Source: Eledone cirrhosa (lineage: Eukaryota). Taken from it: a stretch of 64,000 nt of DNA. The notes beneath the pieces are model-generated. The model saw only the letters and a program-made list of their open reading frames with translations, had not been told where the DNA came from and did not search any database. Each line of letters starts with the position of its first letter. The stretch's first letter is position 1. Position numbers and translations under genes: made by a program. Positions 59,593 to 64,000 of this stretch are shown here, one piece after another. Location: the NCBI GenBank assembly GCA_964016885.1, contig OZ024748.1, forward strand, positions 38,812,001 to 38,876,000, written 5' to 3'.

Positions 59593-59712
59593 GCTGAGTT
59601 CAAATCCCGCCGAGGTTAACTTTGCCTTTCATCCTTACGGGGTCGATAAAATAAAGTACCAGTAATGCACTGGGTATTTGCTGGCCTTGTGCCAAAAGTA
59701 GAAATAATTATT
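59593..59712 (+). mobile_element. Nin/Deu-type SINE (5'-truncated)
   Basis: B box, core and tail. Confidence 0.85.
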
Positions 59713-59853
59713 ATAAAGGATATTAAATACTAATATAGTCTACATAAAACAACACACCCCTGACATGATTCGATCCACTGATTTCTCTCTATCCTGTCAA
59801 CCTTGTTATCTCTCATATCTTTCTTCTGTATATTTTCACTTCTTTCGCTCATT

Positions 59854-59958
<105 letters not shown>

Positions 59959-60157
59959 CAAGATAAACAAAGCGAACACAGATATACAATAACACAAAGT
60001 CTTATTAGTTTCACGCTTGTTGGAAAAATGGAAAAAGAAAAATGAAGGTTTCAACGTATTGGAGGTTTGTCTATCATCAGAAAAGTGCAAAGTTCGGAGA
60101 AAGTGTGGGCTGGAGAAAAGTAAAGGCATGGGGTTGGGTGATGTTACAAGTATGTTA

Positions 60158-60217
<60 letters not shown>

Positions 60218-60340
60218 CCGAGTTTTTCGAATATTAATAATAACATTCGATTCGTTTGCAATTATGCAAACAAGCCTCAATTTATAGCCATGTCAGTAGA
60301 ATGAACCCTTCATTCTTGCACTTGTGTTGGCATGTGAACA

Positions 60341-60390
60341 GAACTGCAGACACTAATGTTTCTGGGTATCACCCTTCATCAGTACAGCTC
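60341..60390 (-). ncRNA. Type I hammerhead ribozyme
   Basis: Minus strand: GAGCTGTA-CTGATGA-A-GGGT-GAT-ACCC-A-GAAA-CA-TTAG-TG-TC-TGCAGTTC. GUC triplet. Confidence 0.82.
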
Positions 60391-60749
60391 ACTGTTCACC
60401 TGATATATATATAAGGATTAACCCAGTATTTAACTAGTTAGACTGTTATCCAACAGAGTACTCGATACTTGGGATAGTAGAGTGTGACTATATTAGAAAG
60501 AGTCGGCTGAGCTCTTACCGACTCGACAGATTGTTCCAGACAAAGATGTGGTGATAATGGGAATGATGATGATGCAGGTAATAATGGGTTGGGTGTTTTA
60601 ATAGGATGAGCTGTAGGAAGAATACACATACATACACATACATACCACATACATACCACACACCAACATACATATATACATTTATGTGCGTATATAACTA
60701 TCTATCCATATATCTATCTATCCATCTATCTATCTATCTATCTATCTAT

Positions 60750-60905
60750 ATGTGTTACCCATATAAACTGTCTCCCTCTATTGGGGAAAATCGACTAACT
60801 TTTAAATTCCATCTGTGATAACATTTTACACGTTTTTATTGTATGTAAACTTCCCCCTTTGTATTTGTCCCCTTCTTTTGTGCCCCTGTGGCTAATAAAG
60901 AAATA
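60750..60905 (+). mobile_element. Tx1-like LINE 3'-UTR fragment
   Basis: Near-identical to about 63545-63697. It ends GGCTAATAAAGAAA and runs into (TATC)n. Confidence 0.75.
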
Positions 60906-60932
60906 TATCTATCTATCTATCTATCTAACTAT

Positions 60933-62785
60933 CTCGGAGCCGTTCAAAATCGCGCGGTCCATCCGACAAGGGTGCCCTCTCTCCTCCCTTCTGTATGTGT
61001 TGACTCTCGAGCCACTACTGCGGAAGTTGGAGTTGTTGCAGGGCATCCCTTTGGAACTGGGATTGCGGAAAGCGGTGTCGGCCTACGCCGATGACGTGAC
61101 AGTAATGGTGTCGACGGCCTCCGAAATCGAGGCGGCCAGCACCTTACTGGAGGAGTACGAAAGGTTCACAGGGGCTAAGCTGAACCGGGACAAGTCGATC
61201 GGTTTGCAACTCGGCACGTGGAGGGGCAGACCGATGCCCTCCGATGGCGTCGTCGGACGCTGGACGGAGGGCCCGGTGAAGTTGCTCGGGGTCTGGTTCG
61301 GACCGGACCTCCAGGTGGAGAAAAACTGGGCGGAGGTTACGAACAGGGTGTTTGCACTGACCCAGAAGTGGGCCAGTTGCAAACTATCCCTGAATGGTCG
61401 GGCGGAGGTGGCGAACACCTACATAGCGTCCGTCATCTACTACCGCCTGACCGTAGTGCCCTGCCCAAGGGAAACCCTCACCAAGATGGAGCGCGCGCTC
61501 TTCCAATTCCTTTGGAAGAGGCGGGCTCCTATGGTGAGGAGATCCATCTGCTGTCAACACCCTTCGAAAGGAGGGCTGGGGATGCCGTGGCTAATGATGC
61601 GTAAACACGCATTAAGGCTACGGCACCTCTACGTATTCCTCACCGGACAACCGGTGTGGGCCTCGTTTGTGAGACGAACCTTTCCCAGACTCGTCTCACT
61701 CACCGAGCTGCAATCCTGGGTCAAGCAAAGACCGAGAAAACTGGGCGCCTGGCACACTCAGTGTGCCCAGGCTCTCACCGCCCTCTGGCAGGCGGATCCG
61801 GTTATCAGTGGAGACTCCACCGCAACATTCTATAGAGGGCTGGTACGCAGCAGGTGCGACGACGCCCTCGGAGAAGCCCTAGACATGGAGGAGGACGAAC
61901 TGGCCAGCCTGTTCGGTAGGACATTCAGCCCGGGACCTATGGACAACTTCCAGAAGTCCCTGGCCTGGCAGTGCTACCGAGGAGCTTTACCCGTTCGAGA
62001 AAGGCTCTACAGACACGGGCGCCCGGGTAGGGACCCCGCCAAAAAGAACTGTCCCAGATGCGTGTGCAACGAGGAAACCGTTGCACACACATTGGTACAC
62101 TGCTCGGGCGTAGCCGATCTGTGGGGCTATGTCGAACAACTGCTGTCAAGGGTGGGACCGATCCGGTTGACCACCGAGTCTATTGTAATGATCAAGCCGC
62201 CTCCCCCCTTCAAAGATGCAGCAGAGGCGGTGTTTCTGTGCGTAATAGCCATGGCGAAAGAGGTTGTATGGTGGACGCGTCTGAAAGGACTAAGGTCAGG
62301 CACCTTTCTCTCTGGCCAACAACTGGTCCGTTTCTTCCGATATCATTTCGGAAGAAGGATCAGGATGGAGAGAGAGGTGCTGCACCCCAGTCGTTTTTAT
62401 GAAAGGTGGGTGAAAGTGGCGAGAATGGCCCGTGTGAATGGGCCTTCACTCTACATCAGACTATAGGTGAGGAAGATGAAAGACCAAGGGAGCACCCCTT
62501 CTCTGTGCTCCTGAGGAAAAGGGTTGCACACTTTTTCGGGGGTGTGTGCGACCCCCCAAGGCGCCTCCTCTCTATTGAGGATTTTGTTATAAATTTTATT
62601 TTTTGTTATATTTTATAACAAAATCCTCTATTGAGGAATTTGTTATAATTCTATTTTTTGTTATATTTTATTTTATTTTTATATATTGTTATTGCCTCCT
62701 CCCTATTGAGGACGCCTTGTTTTGTAAACTCCCCCCATTGTACTTGTCCCACTTTTGATGCCCTTGTGGCAAATAAAAGAAACAT
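60933..62785 (+). mobile_element. 5'-truncated L1/Tx1-clade LINE ORF2 (RT C-terminal half and zinc-binding domain) plus 3' UTR
   Basis: The frame is open to 62466: SIRQGCPLS, AYADDVT, NRDKS, LGVWF, KGGLGMP, CPRC..EETVAHTLVHC. GC-rich. It ends AATAAAAGAAAC and runs into (TATC)-like repeats. Confidence 0.92.
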
Positions 62786-62822
62786 ATCTAACTATCTACC
62801 TATTTATCTATTTATCTATCTA

Positions 62823-62879
<57 letters not shown>

Positions 62880-62950
62880 ATAATATCAATAAATGGAAAA
62901 TATATTTATAAAACCATATTTATAAAGATATATTCCATTTATCAATATTA

Positions 62951-63048
62951 TTAACTTTGCCTTTCATCCTTACGGGGTCGATAAAATAAAGTACCAGTAA
63001 TACAGTGGGATAATTGCTGGCCTCGTGCCAAAAGTAGAAAAAATTATT
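62951..63048 (+). mobile_element. Nin/Deu-type SINE 3' part
   Basis: Core and tail. Confidence 0.8.
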
Positions 63049-63142
63049 GATATTAATGATACTCCGGATAAAAACTGATGAGTGCTTCTAATCTGTTGTA
63101 AGATTAACATTGTTGAATAATCAACAAATCAAATAACTCATT

Positions 63143-63202
<60 letters not shown>

Positions 63203-63207
<5 letters not shown>

Positions 63208-63371
63208 AACGAGTAGGACACCGATGGCTGACTCAGTCCAGAATTAGCCGTCGAAACGGCTTGAGCTCAGCCTGCGGGGTCCTACTCGTTCCTATTACCC
63301 ACTCTACTACCCTAAGTATTGAGTACTTTGGTGCGTTATGGTCCATCTGGTTCCTTACCACTTTTCCTTCG

Positions 63372-63373
<2 letters not shown>
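63203..63373 (+). mobile_element. F1 fold-back mini-element, copy 6 (left arm partly deleted)
   Basis: Same termini and the CTCAGTCCAGAATTAGCC centre. Confidence 0.78.
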
Positions 63374-63422
<49 letters not shown>

Positions 63423-63454
63423 TATTTATCTATCTACCTATCAATCTATATCAG

Positions 63455-63700
63455 CCTGTAGGTTGAGGAAAAAGAGGAAGAGAGGAAAGGGGTACTCACT
63501 CTTCGTACTCCTGGAGATGAGGGTTGCACATTTTTTCGGGGGTATGTGTTACCCATATGTAATGTTTCCCCCTATTGGGGAAAATCGATTCATTTTAAAT
63601 TGCATTTGTGATAGTATTTTACACGTTTTTATTGTATGTAAACTTCCCCCTTTGTATTTGTCCCCTTCTTTTGTGCCCCTGTGGCTAATAAAGAAACATA
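63455..63700 (+). mobile_element. Tx1-like LINE 3'-UTR fragment
   Basis: Shares AGGGTTGCACA.TTTTTCGGGGGT.TGTG with the 62467-62785 UTR. Flanked by (TATC)n. Confidence 0.78.
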
Positions 63701-64000
63701 TCTATCTATCTGGATGAATGGATGTATATATGGTGTCAGTGTTCTCTTTAAATACCGATTCTCGTGAGAGCCACGCCAAGAATTAGCAACATCCCATTCA
63801 TCAAGCCACAATGTCCACAATTGTTATTGTTTCTCTACTACTTCTGGTTGTTATTTGTACTTTTAACAGTAGAACATCCTTGCCCACCCCCACGGGACAT
63901 GCCAATATCTTCCAGAACTGCAAACCAGGGTGTCGGAAATATCTACCGCCGTCCCCCACCCTCCGATATATTTCCAATTTGCCCTAGGTCCTGGCAGGAA

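Noticed and set aside
63075-63140. CTGATGAG motif
   Set aside because: No downstream GAAA or stem I partner.

Overview
Eukaryotic, AT-rich, microsatellite-saturated genomic DNA, probably from an octopod cephalopod (inferred from the SINE types; not verified). One host gene runs on the + strand. It has three large phase-1/phase-1 exons, each encoding one von Willebrand factor A (VWA) domain, joined by two frame-preserving linker micro-exons of 75 and 33 nt; the third VWA has a degenerate MIDAS. Its introns and flanks hold truncated LINEs (CRE-like, RTE, Tx1/L1), 11 copies of a Nin/Deu-type tRNA-derived SINE, two large satellites, and many Penelope-like element (PLE) remnants sitting in (TA)n tracts. 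Manual folding gives about 14 type I hammerhead ribozyme (HHR) motifs with complete cores, plus degenerate or half copies. Most notable: (i) an intronless myosin motor-domain fragment sits between inverted PLE-type terminal repeats, suggesting capture of host mRNA; (ii) a fold-back mini-element family whose palindrome centre coincides with HHR stem II and whose arms co-vary within each copy; (iii) a shared terminal motif, TATTGAGTAC, about 40-50 nt from the (TA)n junction in unrelated families; (iv) three Tx1 3' ends that each abut (TATC)n. All structure calls are by eye, and repeat boundaries are approximate.
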